Origin: Octopus vulgaris
Lineage: Eukaryota
Length of the DNA stretch: 64,000 bases
Direction of reading: 5' to 3'
NCBI GenBank assembly: GCA_951406725.2
Contig: OX597823.1
Span: 71,176,001-71,240,000 of the forward strand
The position numbers were made by a program, and so were the translations under genes. The notes under the pieces are model-generated. The model was not told the DNA's origin. It made no database searches and worked only from the letters and a program-made list of their open reading frames with translations. Below are positions 25,203 to 39,326 of the stretch, piece after piece. The stretch's first letter is position 1. Every line of letters begins with the position of its first letter.

Positions 25203-25485
25203 AGCTAAACTATTGCTCCACCCTGGGGATGGAAGTAGAGAGAATGATTGCAGCCAAATTGAAAAAAAAAAGCCGTTGTGGGCAGATAAGCGGGATCCAA
25301 CAAGAATGAAAATAAATTATTAAAAAATTAACAAAATTATAAAATCATAGACAAAATTAAAACTTCATACGCATTTAACACATATTAAACATAAACATAA
25401 ATAAAAGCGAGGTTTTACAAAATTGCCAGATTTCACTGAAATAAATTCTGGGTCATCATGGAAATATATATATATATATATATAT

Positions 25486-27202
25486 GATTTGATTTTGATT
25501 TTGATTTTTCCAGTTTCAGCTAATGAGCTGTGGCCATGCTGGGGCACCGCCATTTGGTTTGCTACACGATTTTACCTTACGGATGCTTTTTAGCAAACGC
25601 CATCTGATGCATGAGAGAGTTCGATGCAGCTGCCCTCATCTGCACCTCCTGCCGCGAAGATGGTTCATCCGGGACACCTGACAGGAAGAGATCCAGTCCT
25701 ACTTTAAATAAATCCGCATCCACACCATGCAGGTCCCTCAGGTTCTTCGGGAGGATATTGAAGAGCTGTGGGCCTCTGAAGCCCAGGCTATCACAATATC
25801 TTGTCCTACATCTTGATGGCAAATTTGGAATCCTTGGTACTACGCAGTAGCGTCCGGTTCTGGCATTTGTGTGACTCTCGATGCCAAAGTCTGGGACAAG
25901 TCCTTCCAGGATCTTCCAGATATATATTATGGCATATCTTTCTCGCCTACGCTCCAGGGAATAGAGCTTTAATCTCTTGAGTCTTTCCCAGTAGCTCATA
26001 TGCTGCACAGAGGCTATCTTCTTCGTGTAGCTTCGTTGGATCGCCTCAAGTTCTGTGATCAACTTGACACTGGATGGTGACCATAGCTGAGAGCAATAGT
26101 CAAAGTGGCTTAGGACAAGTGTCTTCCAGAGGACCATCATGGTTTCTTGTTCTCTTGTTCTAAAGGTTCTAAGAATCCATCCAGCCAGCCGTCTACATTT
26201 CATTGCCAGTTTAGCAACATGTACATGAAAGGTCGCGTCATCACTCATGTGAATACCCAGGTCACGCACTGATTGTGCCTCTGGGATTGCAATCCCTCCG
26301 GGTCCAGTGTATTCATTGGGTATTGCATTTAGTTTTGCATGCTGATAGTATAAAGCTTGAAACTTTTCGGCATTGAACTGCATGCTATTCTTTTCAGCCC
26401 ACTTGTATATTTCGTCCAGCTCACATTGCAGGTGCTTAGTGTCCTCAGGTTTCTGTATTGCCTGTGAAAATTTTGTATCATCTGCATAACTTGTGATCGT
26501 GGCTCTCTGCGTGGCTGAGGGCATGTCTGAGAGGGCCATTATGAACAGTAGTGGTCCCAAAACAGTGCCCTGCAGAACACCGCTCATTATTTGCGTGTTA
26601 ATGGAAGTGGCCCCATTGGCTGCTACCACCTGACTTCTATTCTTCAGAAAGTCATGAAGCCATTCTCCCAATTTTCCAACTATGCCAAGATCACGCAGTT
26701 TGTGACATATCATTCCATGATCGACTTTATCAAAGGCCTTTGCAAAGTCGAGATATATGACTTCCACATTTGAGTGGTTGAGCAGTTGTTTCAGCACCCA
26801 GTCATAGTGTTGTAGGAGCTGAGTTAAGCAGCTTCTTCCTGGTCGGAAACCATGTTGGGTGTCAGGCAGCAAGTCATTTTCTTCAAGGAAGGTGATTAGT
26901 TTCCTTCTGACTATTCGTTCCATGACCTTGCTGATGTGTGAGGTGAGAGAGATAGGTCTGTAGTTCTTGGCCTCCGCTCTGCTACCTCCTTTATGAATAG
27001 GGCATATTTTACCTTCCTTCAGTTTTCTTGGAAGTTTGCCAGCTGCAAGGAAGCTCTGAAAGAGGAACTGCATTGGTCTTGCTAGGACTCTCTTACATAC
27101 TTTTTTAGGAGGATTGCCGGGAATCCATCGGGGCCAATAGCTGAGTCTGTTTTCATTTCATCTATAGCCTTTATTACATCGTCTTCCTTTATATCGATGT
27201 AA
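25486..27202 (-). mobile_element. 5'-truncated CR1/L2-group LINE, probably young
   Basis: Open RT reading frame, short 3' UTR with GGCGGTGCCCCAGCATGGCCACAGC...TGAAAC and an (AAAATC)n tail next to (TA)n. Confidence 0.95.
25577..27073 (-). CDS. LINE ORF2 reverse transcriptase domain and C-terminus (498 aa, N-terminally truncated)
   Basis: NYRPISLTS, QHGFRPGRSC, YLDFAKAFDKVDH, GVLQGTVLGPLLF and YADD motifs. Confidence 0.95.
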   Translation of the reverse strand: MQFLFQSFLAAGKLPRKLKEGKICPIHKGGSRAEAKNYRPISLTSHISKVMERIVRRKLITFLEENDLLPDTQHGFRPGRSCLTQLLQHYDWVLKQLLNHSNVEVIYLDFAKAFDKVDHGMICHKLRDLGIVGKLGEWLHDFLKNRSQVVAANGATSINTQIMSGVLQGTVLGPLLFIMALSDMPSATQRATITSYADDTKFSQAIQKPEDTKHLQCELDEIYKWAEKNSMQFNAEKFQALYYQHAKLNAIPNEYTGPGGIAIPEAQSVRDLGIHMSDDATFHVHVAKLAMKCRRLAGWILRTFRTREQETMMVLWKTLVLSHFDYCSQLWSPSSVKLITELEAIQRSYTKKIASVQHMSYWERLKRLKLYSLERRRERYAIIYIWKILEGLVPDFGIESHTNARTGRYCVVPRIPNLPSRCRTRYCDSLGFRGPQLFNILPKNLRDLHGVDADLFKVGLDLFLSGVPDEPSSRQEVQMRAAASNSLMHQMAFAKKHP

Positions 27203-28519
27203 TTTATAAAATATATATATATTTATAATTTCTATAAATGCAAGGTTACATAAGTGACACAAGGGACGAGAGTTACGTGTGATGTGTAGCACTTAGCAAA
27301 TTAATTTATAGTTGTAAAACTTTGGCTTTATATATAAGAAAATATACTTTCTAGATATCCTTTTTTATGAAAATATTCTTAAAAATCACTTGATAAGTCT
27401 ATAGTTTTCAAAATCTGAGCATCAAACAGAAAGATTAGAAGTGAAATATAGTAAAATGAAATAATAGAAAACATACAAATATATACGCACACATATGCAA
27501 AAAACATACACATGCACGCGCGCTCGTACATATACAAGCATATACACACTTTTACACATATATACATACAGGAAACGCACACGTGTATTCATGCACACAC
27601 ACATATCTAAACGCATATATAGTCATATAATCTGCATTAATGAAGATTTCTCAAACATAAAAACGCGATTGTTTAGAAAACGCGGTGCTCAATGTTCCTG
27701 TAGCTGCGAGTCTAAAGAAGGCGATTCCTAATTGGTATTGTGTAAAATGCATTTGACAACATGTGATAGGGCCAGAAGTTGGACGTCTGCTGGATGATGT
27801 CTGATGGAAATTGCTGAACAGACGTTTATAACACAATGCAAAAGAATAATCTTCCTTGTTTTTATTAGACAATACAATATAATTTCAGAAAAATTTCAGG
27901 AAACTTTATGAAATAAAGTTATCAACCAATCGCTTGCAATTTACAAACTAATCCCATTGGCGACAGCACTATGAAATTTCAGATTTCATTTTAAAATATA
28001 GCTTGAACTATTGTAATATTTGTAATTTCTCGGAGAGACTAGAAGGCAATTACACCCCCCGGACGAATAGGAATGAGTCTTATCAAGTGTGCTCTTGTTT
28101 ATGAAGTGAATGCAATTTCCCTGGTCCCGAATCTTCCACATTAAACTATACAGAAAGCTGGAGTTCTATCTCTCGCTGAACTTTGAAGGGTATGTTAAAT
28201 TTAGTGCTAGTTTTAAAATGTGAGATTTTAACGGTAAATTTGTTTCTCAGAAGTTCAGAACTTTTCAACATCCAGCGAAGACACATACGAGGTCTTCGTA
28301 GAGTTGATGAGATTATTCATGAAACGGTTGGACATTCTAAGACATGACTAGAAGCATAAATCAGGACAGTGCTATCTAAAATCGCCCATTCACCAACAAC
28401 CAACTACAGAAGAAGCAGTAACCATGGGTTGGAGCTAGTAAAAGAGTGAATATATATAATTCTTTGGCATGGACAGTATCGACAGTGACTTCGAAGATTT
28501 GTCCAGCTAAGCCATCATC

Positions 28520-28795
28520 GGGGAAACACACACACACATGTATGTGTGTGTGTATGTTTGTGTGTATGCGTGTGTATGTGTGTGTTTTTGTGTCTGTATT
28601 TATCTTCCATCCCCACCTTCATCTGGTGTGTTCATGTGTTTACGTACCCGTAGCTTCGGCAAATGAAAACGACAGAATAAGTACCAGGCTGACAGAAAAA
28701 CGTATTGGAGTCAATTCGTTCGACTAAAATCCTTCAAGACGGTGTCCTCAACATGGTCGTAGCCTAACGATTGGAACAAGCAAGATTATAAAAGA
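28520..28795 (+). mobile_element. Degenerate SINE family A 3' half
   Basis: TTTACGTACCCGTAGCTTCGGCAAA...AGAATAAGTACCAGGCT...GGTGTCCTCAACATGG. Confidence 0.7.
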
Positions 28796-29839
28796 TACAT
28801 ATATATATATAATATATATAAATGTGGCATCTGTAGTGCAAATAATATCGTTTGCGTTATTATATCTAATTTACGAAACATTTATAAGTTATCTAGAAAA
28901 ATATGTGGGCATTCAAAATACGATATAAGTTATCGATTAAGATTATTTTAATTTGTTGAGAATCGAACACAAGTTCAATACTTCTAAATTATTGAATATT
29001 TCAATTTCTCTTTGTGTATCGTTGGTGGCTTCCATGCTTTTCACCTTTAAATGAAAAAATCAAGACGTTTTTTTGTTGAGCGATTTCCACGTAAAATCCT
29101 ATATAAATAAAAACCTCTGCCATTACGCTTAATAGAGAATTTGAAAATAAACAGCCTTAACTTATTACAGGATGTTTATTCTCAACACTGATGTTGATTT
29201 TGCTGTCGTTGTTGCAAAAGAAAAAAAATGTAGAATTTTCAATCTAATTATTATGTCTGAATCTCTTGTGCTAAATGTGATTAATTTTGCAGCGGTACAG
29301 TATTCGTGGTGACAGCAGAGGAACTGCAGTGAAAGAATATTATTAGATTTTATTTCTTAAAGAATGTTTTGACATAAAATAAAGCAAAAAAAATATGTAT
29401 TAGCTTTAATCTAAGACATTTTATTAAAATTAGCTTCCATCGGGTTTCCATTCAACAATACAAGATTTGCATAGATAATCCACAACTAGAGGGGGACAAC
29501 TATATTTCCATAATGCAGATTACACAGCAGTTGGTATTGAAACAAATCCATTTGCTAAAACATTAAGCTGATCTTTAAAAATACTATTTTATTTTATAAA
29601 ATGGATTATTTTATTTAAGAATATATTAAATACAGTGGAAATGGATGATACATTTCGAATGGGAGTTACACAAAACATAGCAATAAAATGCTGGTGGGAT
29701 TTTGGCATTAACGAATAAAATATGTAGAAAATGTCATTAATTCATTCTAATTAAACAGCTGTAGTTCGACTCATATAAACACACCTACACCCACCCGCAC
29801 CCCTACACACACACACTCTCTCTCTCCCTCCTCCTCCTC

Positions 29840-29873
<34 letters not shown>

Positions 29874-29879
29874 GACTAC

Positions 29880-31110
29880 ATAAAATGGTAAGGTGGTCGA
29901 GTTGTTAACGAAATGTCGAAAATATAACAGATCTAAACGACTTCATACACGGCGCAGCTATGTTGCTGTAGAAATTCGTGGGGTTAAAATCAAGAGGCAA
30001 AGGCTTGGGAATCAAATTAAACAGCTCAGTAAAGATCTTGAAAAAATAAACGAAATAACTGAAGAGAAGATTGTCAAGGACAGTGACAGGAATGAGATCC
30101 ATAGGTGGAACATTAGACACAAAGGACTGCTAGCAGCTAAAGAAGAAAGGAAAACAGAAATTAAGGTAATATTACGCAAAAAGAAAAACAACAAAAGAAA
30201 ACTAGATAACAACAAGGAATAAACTAATAGCAGAACAGGTTCTTCAGAAACAATGAAAAGAGTGTTTACCAATAATAATAAACACCTGGGAAATGACGTG
30301 CCAAATGCCGAAATAGTTGATATTTGGAACGAAGAGTTTCAAGATAGTTGGAAGTGGACTGGTTACGGATATTTAAATGTGAAATGGTAAATAGATCAAA
30401 ACAAGGGAATATAATATCACAAATAAAAAAGTGACAAATATGCTTAAGAAAACGTTAAATTGGAATGCCCCTGGGTCGGTTTGTGTTCGGGGATTCTGAT
30501 TTCAAAACTCTCTTTCGCATACACAGCTATATGCAACCGTTTTGCATTGATTGTATAGAAACTATATACTGTAATTGATGGCAAAAGAAAAGACAGTGCT
30601 AATAAGAAAGAGAAACAAAAATGGGTAGAAAGGTCAGGAATTGTCGGCCTGTTACATGCTTACAATCACTCTGGAAAGTATTAACTGGTCTTATAGAATC
30701 GGTTACCTAGCGCTGCTGCAGGATGATAAGATTACAGAAAGAGAAATGAAAGAGATGGGGGAGGGAGGGAGTTTTCAAAGAGTCTATCTATCTATCTATC
30801 CGCTCAGTCGAAGTCGACTCTCGGTTACTCGTTGGATCAGTGTCCTCCAGTCAGTTCTATCCTGGGCCGCATCTTTCAGATTGGCTATGTCCATTCCGGT
30901 ATCCCTCTTGATGGTGTCAAGCCAGTGGGTTCTTGGTCGGCCTCTTCCTCTCTTGCCACTGACCATTCCGAGCATGATGTCCTTCTCCAGGGATTTTCTC
31001 CGCACAACATGAGTACAAGAGAAGAATTATGAAGGCGCTAAAAGCAAAACAAAATGGAGCGAGTGTTATCAAAGCAGTGAATTTATGAGCCATACCAATA
31101 TTATGCCAGG
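29880..31110 (+). mobile_element. Degenerate R4/Dong-like LINE remnant, interrupted by an RTE insertion
   Basis: NWNAPGSVCVRGF*F (APGxDxxxxFW-like) at ~30458 and EYKRRIMKALKAKQNGASVIKAVN at ~31010. Confidence 0.6.
30785..31008 (-). mobile_element. RTE (BovB-like) LINE 3' end
   Basis: RKSLEKDIMLGMVSGKRGRGRPRTHWLDTIK...AAQDRTDWR and a (GATA)n tail. Confidence 0.9.
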
Positions 31111-32986
31111 TAGGCGGAAAAGTCTATCCCTATTTTCGATCCATCGACCGTCCCAAACAGTTAGGAAAAGTGCCAATAAAAACCCACACGCATCCGCTTG
31201 GTAACGAGGAGCTTTCACCCATCCCGACCTGCTTAAGACAGAATGGTGGCTTTATTCCTACGTTACGTCTCTGCCACCCGGGTCCATCGACTAGTCCTTA
31301 CGCTGGAGCTTTCCACGTCATTGGGGAAGTTATCCCTCATTGCTTTGTATGTCTCTGAGACCAGCATTATTATTTTCAAATATTTTTTGCATCTAAAAAG
31401 TGCTGCTCCTAAAGATTAATGATGGAATTTGTGAGACATTGTTCCTACAAACAACGCCCGGACCACTGTCACTCACAGAAATATTGCGGTCGTTGGTGTT
31501 CACACACCCATATGTCATTAGAGTGCGAACAACACTAAGACACATAGCCATAGACTACGAGTCTTGAGTTGACATTCATAGTCGACTGAATTCCCCCCAG
31601 AACGTGACATGCATTATAATTTACTTATCTTGGAAGAATGAAAGACAGTGTAACCTCGGCAGGATTTGAACATAAAGAGTCGCAACCAATTACCCCAATA
31701 CTTGTTTCCCTGTTACCTAAAGTGCTATCTTTTACTTCGTCGCAGTTGGTAGATTAAGTTAATGAGACGTAATCTACCAGATTTGAAGAAGAGAAGGCAG
31801 CCCAGAACCCGCAAAATGACAGAATGGCTAAGTGCATTAAAGAAATTGATATACTAACTTTACAAAGAATTATTTTCTGAATGTTATTTTAATCTTTGAA
31901 TTCAATTAACTTTCGAGACATTTTCTGCGGACGTCAATGTCAAAGTGTGAAGCACCTCATTAAAATAAAATCTTGTAATAGAATATTTAATATTTTGCTA
32001 GCAGACCAAACATGTAATCAATAAAATGGTTCAACTTTCAATGATGTTTCTAGAAATATACCACACAGCTGGCGTAGAGACCACCACAACAGAAAGTTAT
32101 ATTCACCTCTAAAACAGCAGCAATGTTGTTTCAATGAAGATTCGTGTAGCAATTTTTTCAAACCAAAACGAAGGGAAAATATCGGATGATACAGAAGTAG
32201 ACTTCTTTATTGATTATGGAAGCGTAAAAGAAATCATTGTAGATAATTAAATTTTCTTGGGTTACACTTACTGGACAGGTAGACGAAACTTAAAGCCTCA
32301 AGGGAGCTTCCAATTTCATGTCAGATACTGAGATTCTGACTATATCTTCAAGCTGAATTTGAAGTAGTTTTTCCTAGCACTTACACAGAAGGCATCGAGT
32401 GAATGTTAATTATAAACTATGTTGGAATGATTTCCCTGTATGAATATTTTTTTAAAGTTGTATATAACAGTGAATGACATGCAGCAGTTTAATACAATTT
32501 AGAAATCGTGTTAAACAATCGGGTTTGATTTATTTGCTGAACAGGAAACACATTTCTATGAACGACGAATACAGTCAATTGAATCGACTTTCCGTAGTTT
32601 ATTACAGGTATTTTACACAATCTTATGAGATAAAAATCAAAATCGACCCAAAAGAATCAGGTTCCATACTATAGAACAACAATAAATACTGTAAGAAGCC
32701 TGTGATCAAATTATTTTTCGTGTTCGGCTATTTCATTTTCTTCAACCAAAATAACACTGGTTCATCTGAATATACGAATACAAAAATATAAATTTCGTAT
32801 TCGTAAATTGTACAGCAGTAGTTGTTTTTGGTACGTAAATTTTATATTCCATATTCATATCGGTAACTATAAATACATAACTTCATATACTTACATACAT
32901 ATATACACATATATTGACATGCATATGAATGTATGTGTGTATGTATACATACATACGTCCGTACACATATATATATATACACAAAC

Positions 32987-33061
<75 letters not shown>

Positions 33062-33431
33062 TGTATGTATGTATGTATGTATGTACGTATGTGTGTATTT
33101 ATATACAGTTTGCAAAGCGATGTTTTCAAAATGGATTTGTTTACCCTGTAATCAAGATACGAGAGTTATCTGAAAAAAAAAAGAATATATCATTAACCGA
33201 TCATTTTGTCTTTCATAATTCTAACGTGTCTCATACAGGATAATTGCGAATGTTGCGTCTTTTCTCGAAATATATTGAATTAAAAAAAAAATGTCTGACA
33301 ACGTCGATCTCATTATTCTATCTAATTCACGTTTTGAGAAGAGATATAAATATCTAGGCAAGTAGTTAGATGATTACATTAGACTAAACAATAGTGGGTT
33401 AGAGATATATAACATTACATATTTTACTAAC

Positions 33432-33808
33432 TTTACTCTTTTACTCTTTTACTTGTTTCAGTCATTTGACTGCGGCGATGCTGGAGCACCACCTTTAGTC
33501 GAGCAAGTCGACTCCAGGACTTATTATTTGTAAGCCTAGTACTTATTCTATCGGTCTCTTTTGCCGAACCGCTAAGTTACGGGGACGTAAACACACCAGC
33601 ATCGGTTGTCAAGTGATGTTGGGGTGACAAACACAGACACACAAACACATACACACATACAGTTTCCGTCTACCAAATCCACTCACAAGGCTTTGGTCGG
33701 CCCGAGGCTATAGTAGAAGACACTTGCCCAAGGTGCCACGTAGTGGGACTGAATCCTGAACCATGTGGTCGGTAAGCAAGCTACTTACCACACAGCTACT
33801 CCTGCGCC
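33432..33808 (-). mobile_element. SINE family A copy
   Basis: Homologous to 10387-10825. Confidence 0.9.
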
Positions 33809-34079
33809 TATTTACTTATTGACGAATTGGAAATATGAGTGTGTTTATTTGTAGTACTTGGAGTGCCTGCATGAAAAAAATAAGAGAATTAATAATATAT
33901 TAGTAATAGGACTGGATACAATTTAAAGTTCACTGAAGTTAGATGCGTATACTACAATTCATATAATGGTGTAGTTATAGCCTGCTACCTTTCCTATTTG
34001 CATGTATTCATAGAAACACATACATCCCGCATACATGCAGAATAGTATTCGCTATCTATCAAGCCTACAGCAGAATAGT

Positions 34080-35830
34080 ATTTGATCTCATTTATTGCTG
34101 CTATGATGTCTGAGGTAGTGATGATCCGAGATTTTATGTTGGGAATCAACTTCGTTCGCTTCCCTTACGTCAACATCAGTGGGATCACTAAAGAGAGAGT
34201 AGCGTTGTTTCTGCAGTATTTCTGTCATTTTTCTTTAGCATCGTGTTGGGGAGTGCCGTTATCATCGATCAATAGACCAATGGGTGAGACAGCGGTTCTA
34301 CGCTTGTTTGCATATGATTTGAACACTTTTGAGTTCTGTTTGTTGCTCTTGATTTCCCACTGTTCCGCTGCAGCTCTTTGATATTTAATGGAGGTTTTCA
34401 TGTCGGTCTGATGAAGTTTTTCCAACTCCAGCCTTTTCATTGTTGTTGAATGTGGATGTGTATGTGGGAGTATTTTAATTGGTTGATTATTTTTATTAAG
34501 TCTTTTGATGTGCCTGATGAGTGTTTTGTTTTTTTTCTTTTTAGGGAGCCAATTTCTGTTTGTGTTAGTGGATTTCGTACGAGCTTGTTTTGAGCATGTA
34601 AGGTGACAATGTTCTCAAAGTGCTGCCATGCGGTCTCAATGTGAGTGGAACTGAGAGTGAAGGACCAATCGAAGGAGAACAGATCCTTTCTGATTGCTCT
34701 CCAGTCCGCTTTGTGGAAGTTTATGTTGTCAAAGAAGTGCAATGTAGTGGGGTTGGCTGGCTTGGTTTTGATATACCGAAACTTAAAGCTGCAGAGTATC
34801 ATGTCGTGGTTTGAGAAGAGAGTTTTTCAACTGAAATACTGTGAACGGAGCCAGAGTGGTTGTTTAATATTAGATCCAAGATCGCTTTATTCTGTCTTGT
34901 CGGTTCGGGCACAAGTTGAGTTACGAAAGATTTATCCATTAGATTAAAGAGTAATTCTGCTGCTGCTTTGTCTGGTCTAGAGCATTTACTTAAATTCAGC
35001 GTAGTTATAGGTTAATTTATATAAGGAAGGTTAAAATCACCCATCACTAGTATGTTACCGGAGTTGTAGTTTTGAAGGAAGGACTTAATTTTGTTGAAGC
35101 ATTCTTCAAAGCATTTTAGAGGTGCTTAGGGAGGCCTGTAAAGACCAACAATGATTATGTCCTTGGTCTCGTTGAATAGTAATATAGATTCACAATAGCC
35201 ATTGGAAAATATGTCCTTGGCATCAATTGAAAAGGAGTCATGGAGAAAGATGGCTGTTTCCCCTTTATTTCGGTCTGTGCAATCTGCACGGATGATAGTG
35301 AAATCTTTTATTTTCACCGCGACATCCATATGAGTGTTGTTTAAGTGAGTTTCAGTAAGGATAAAGAAAGGGATGCAATGTGCCGTTTCAGCAAGCCAAC
35401 TCTCTATGTATGGGATTTTTTATTTTTGGACTGCGAATGATGGGTTGATACAACGTACATTTAACAGGACTGTCGAGGCAAGGGTAGTTTGATGTTTGTA
35501 TTGTTCTAAGAGCTCAGTGTTATGTGTTATGTTGTTCAGAGGTAGCAGTAATTGTAGTTTTTGTATGGAACTGCGTGTGTATGTGATTTTCTAGTTGGTG
35601 GTGAGTGTGTGTTCCTTGTGTTTTGCATAAATGGTTGCTGATAGCTAATTAGATCTCCTGGCTTAGGCCGGCCTTCATATTTTCTAGATAAGTTAGTAAA
35701 AGAGTTGCGTCTTTGGTTTGCCACTTGGTCAGATGATACATTATTCATGTTTATGTTATTTGGTGTATGGCTTTCCTCTAGTTCTGTCTTCATTGCTTGG
35801 TTGAGGAGGTGAAGTGTGGATGGATTTTGT
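34080..35830 (-). mobile_element. Degenerate CR1-group LINE 5' part of ORF2 (APE endonuclease and linker)
   Basis: LTETHL, IRADCTDRNKGETAIFL, IIIVGLYRPP, LVMGDFNLP, NFHKADWRAIR and NSKVFKSYANKRR motifs; stops and frameshifts present. Confidence 0.9.
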
Positions 35831-35832
35831 CT

Positions 35833-35889
<57 letters not shown>

Positions 35890-36000
35890 ATTAAAAATAA
35901 AAAGAGAAAATGAAATTTACCAACAAAAAGATTAATATTGCTACAAAAATTATTTTCTTAACCTTAATTCTTTAACCTTATATATATGTATATATATATA

Positions 36001-36059
<59 letters not shown>

Positions 36060-36066
36060 ATGTATG

Positions 36067-36150
<84 letters not shown>

Positions 36151-36258
36151 TACACATTTAACAATTATATTATATCATATACATACACACATACATACAT
36201 ATATGCAAATATAGATAGAAATGTAAAAGTATGCACACATTCATATATATGCACATGC

Positions 36259-36316
<58 letters not shown>

Positions 36317-37629
36317 CTCCATAATGATTTATAATGCTTTTTAATAATCTTTTAATGTCTATATGCATTTCTCGTGTTAGTTACCAGAAAATATCTGCTA
36401 TTGTCACCAATTGTTTACTGGAAATGATATATCGAATCTGCGAAGGCGATTCGTGCCTGAATTTATCTGTTTGTGTTAAGGATAATCACTGAATACGATA
36501 ATCATCGAGAATTTGTAGAGATCGTGCTGACTGAACAATAAGAATGTCTTTAGTATTCTTTGCTCATTGATTTAATGATAACAATGAAACGTGTTGAGTT
36601 AACGTCAAAAGAGAACGAAATTGTTTTGTGCAATCAATAGCGGCGATCAAAAAATAATCTGTGATAAACTTGTAATGCTAATTGAAGAAAGCATTGAATA
36701 TCCAGAAATCTCTCAATCGCATCGATTAATGTTGATATATTTATTGTAACTGATAATGTATGGTGAGGATTATTCCACTAATCGTAAATCACTAGTTGGT
36801 ACACAAGAATTATGTTATGTCTTGTTGAAACCTTTTATTAGCAGAATTAAGCGGTTGGCAGCATTATCTCTTTCTATGTAACTCGTATTTTAGGTACAAA
36901 TATAAGGATTTGAAAAGTTATTTTTCAAACTTCCACGAGGTATTGGTAAATTTTTAGGCAGGATCTAATTGCAGTTAGGTTTGTAGGAAAAATGTATTTT
37001 TAGACAGGATCCGGTGCACTGCTTGTGGGAAAATGGTATTTCGTTTTATACACAATTTTGGTGCTTCTCATTTTGAAGAATTTTATTTTAACTCTAAGTA
37101 TTTACATAATTATTTGTCAAAATGCATTTACTCCAAATGATTCGAGAAAAATAGTCTGCCGATAGGATGATTAAGATCAATATGATGACTCTTATACTAA
37201 TCAATTCCTTTACTTTATAAACGAAAGGTAAGTTTCAATACTTGATTACAGATATTTAATTTGTCTTCTGCCTCAGAAGTATTTTAAGATCGATACCAAC
37301 TTCTTGATTGAAGTTCAAAACTAAGAGATGCAAATTGGATACTTAAATCGTGCTATTGGGATTTTAGCAGACTTTTGTGAAGACTGCCTATATCCCCTAT
37401 GATGACAAAACACCTCTGAGGTAGGTAGAGTATAAATAGTACCGAGTAATCAAGAGAGGGGTTAAGTATACTGTATCTTATAACCTCTACTGAGATGCAG
37501 CAATATACTGGAAGTGTCTGGTTAATTTACTTAGAAATGGGTTCCATTGGACAGTGCACATGAAAACTGTGAATTTGTGTCTCCAAGGAGGGAGCTCAAC
37601 AGATAAACAATTGAAGGTATATTTAAGAT

Positions 37630-38003
37630 AGAACTGGCTGTGTGGTAAGTAGCATGCTTACGAACCATATGGTTCCGGGTTCAGTCTCACCGCATGGCAC
37701 CTTGGGTAAGTGTCTTCTACTATAGCCTTGGGCCAACCAAAGTGGATTTAGTAGACGGAAACTGAAAGAAGCCCGTCGTAAATATATATATATATGTGTG
37801 TTTGTGTGTGTGTGTGTTTGTATGACTTGACAACCGATGCTGGTGTTCTTTACGTCCCCGTAACTTAGCGGTTCGGCAAAAGAGACCGATAGAATAAGTA
37901 CTAGGCTTACAAAGAATAAGTCATGGGGTCGATCTGCTCGATTAAAGGCGGTGCTCCAGCATGGCCACAGTCAGATGACTGCAACAAGTAAAAGAGTAAA
38001 AGA
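37630..38003 (+). mobile_element. SINE family A copy
   Basis: Plus-strand head TGGCTGTGTGGTAAGTAGC...GGGTTCAGTC and tail GGCGGTGCTCCAGCATGGCC...AAGTAAAAGAGTAAAAG. Confidence 0.9.
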
Positions 38004-38279
38004 TATAAATAGTTTGGAATATAAAATAATAAAATCACCAAAAAATCAATGCTGCGGTAAGCTTGTCATAATGATGTAAGCGTGTATGTGCGTATACATG
38101 TGTGTAGCTGTAAAAAAATCCTCCTCTTCTATCATCCTCCCTAATGATGCAGTATATACACTTCAAATTGTAATGATTTCAAGAAAATAAAATAGCAGAA
38201 AATATTTCAATACCGAAACCTGGATCTCAATTGAGTTATTTTCGACTATTCGCATACAGCACTAATATTTACTGTCGAT

Positions 38280-38645
38280 AAAGCGAGTTGGCAGAACCGT
38301 TAGCACGCTGGGCAAAATATTTCGCAGCATTTCGTCCGCTTTAAGTTCTGAGTTCAAATACCACCGAGGTTCACTCTGCCTTTCAGTCTTTCGAGACCGA
38401 TAAAATAAATAACAGTTGAACAATGTAATCAATGTAATCGACTTGCATTCTCCCCCGAAATTGCTGACCTTGTGCCAAAATTTGAAGTCAGTATTTACTT
38501 TCGTCAAGACGCGGAGCTGGCAGACTTGTTAGCATGCTTGCCAAAATGCTTAGCGGCCTTTACGTTCTGAGTTCAAATTCCATCGAGGTCGACTTTATCT
38601 TTCCTTCTTTTGGGGTCGATAAAATAAGTACCAGCTGTGCACTAA
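38280..38645 (+). mobile_element. Two tandem copies of tRNA-derived SINE family C (38280-38490, 38508-38645)
   Basis: GAGCTGGCAGA..GTTAGCA head, B box GAGTTCAAAT and conserved CCTT..GGGGTCGATAAA.TAAGTACCAG domain. Confidence 0.85.
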
Positions 38646-39326
38646 AAGACCACAGTGAAAGGAACCTGATTCGGTAAGTATATTACGATAAGCACATCTG
38701 TGCTGCAGAACATACATCTTTGGGACTATACAAATTCGAAAGGAAGTAACACCCAATATCATCTCCAATCATCATATCCCTGTTATTTTAAATAAACAAT
38801 TTACTATAGTTAGACTTAATTAGTAGGTCGAAATGAGAGATATTAAACTCTATAAATCGCACCAAAATTTGTGCAATGTGAAAAAAACTTATGGAGTAAA
38901 AGATGATTACAACGAAAAGCGAATAAGGTCTAAATTCGTTCTTAAATCATCCTATCCCTCTTATTTCAGAAAAATGTAAATCACAATTTCTCAAAATTGC
39001 GTCGGAACTGATACAGAGAAAATGATTTTGTAAAAAAATAAATAGAAATTCAAAATTTCTCCTTTTTAAAAATCTCTCCTATCCCCACATCAGCTTTCGA
39101 GATACCAACACACCAGATGATTTCCCTATGCCCATTGAACAAGCAGAAGGAAAGAGAGAGGCTTCAATGTGGTCGGTTGGCAAGCTACAAATCTCTGGAA
39201 GATAATTTTTTACCAATTTATGCTTTCTTTAAATCACAAACTCCCCACATCTCCAACCGCCCAAGAGAAATAAGAAATGCATTAGTGCAGTTGTTCCCGT
39301 TCCTGCCCATCCTTATGAAATAAGAT

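Noticed and set aside
32020-32400. Complex, coding-looking sequence
   Set aside because: In-frame stops, no clear splice signals and no recognisable motif.
27202-34080. Idea that 34080-35830 and 25486-27202 are two halves of one LINE split by a 7-kb insertion
   Set aside because: The ends overlap in homologous sequence yet differ strongly (ITTSDIIAAINEIK versus IKEEDVIKAIDEMK) and their decay levels differ, so they are independent copies.
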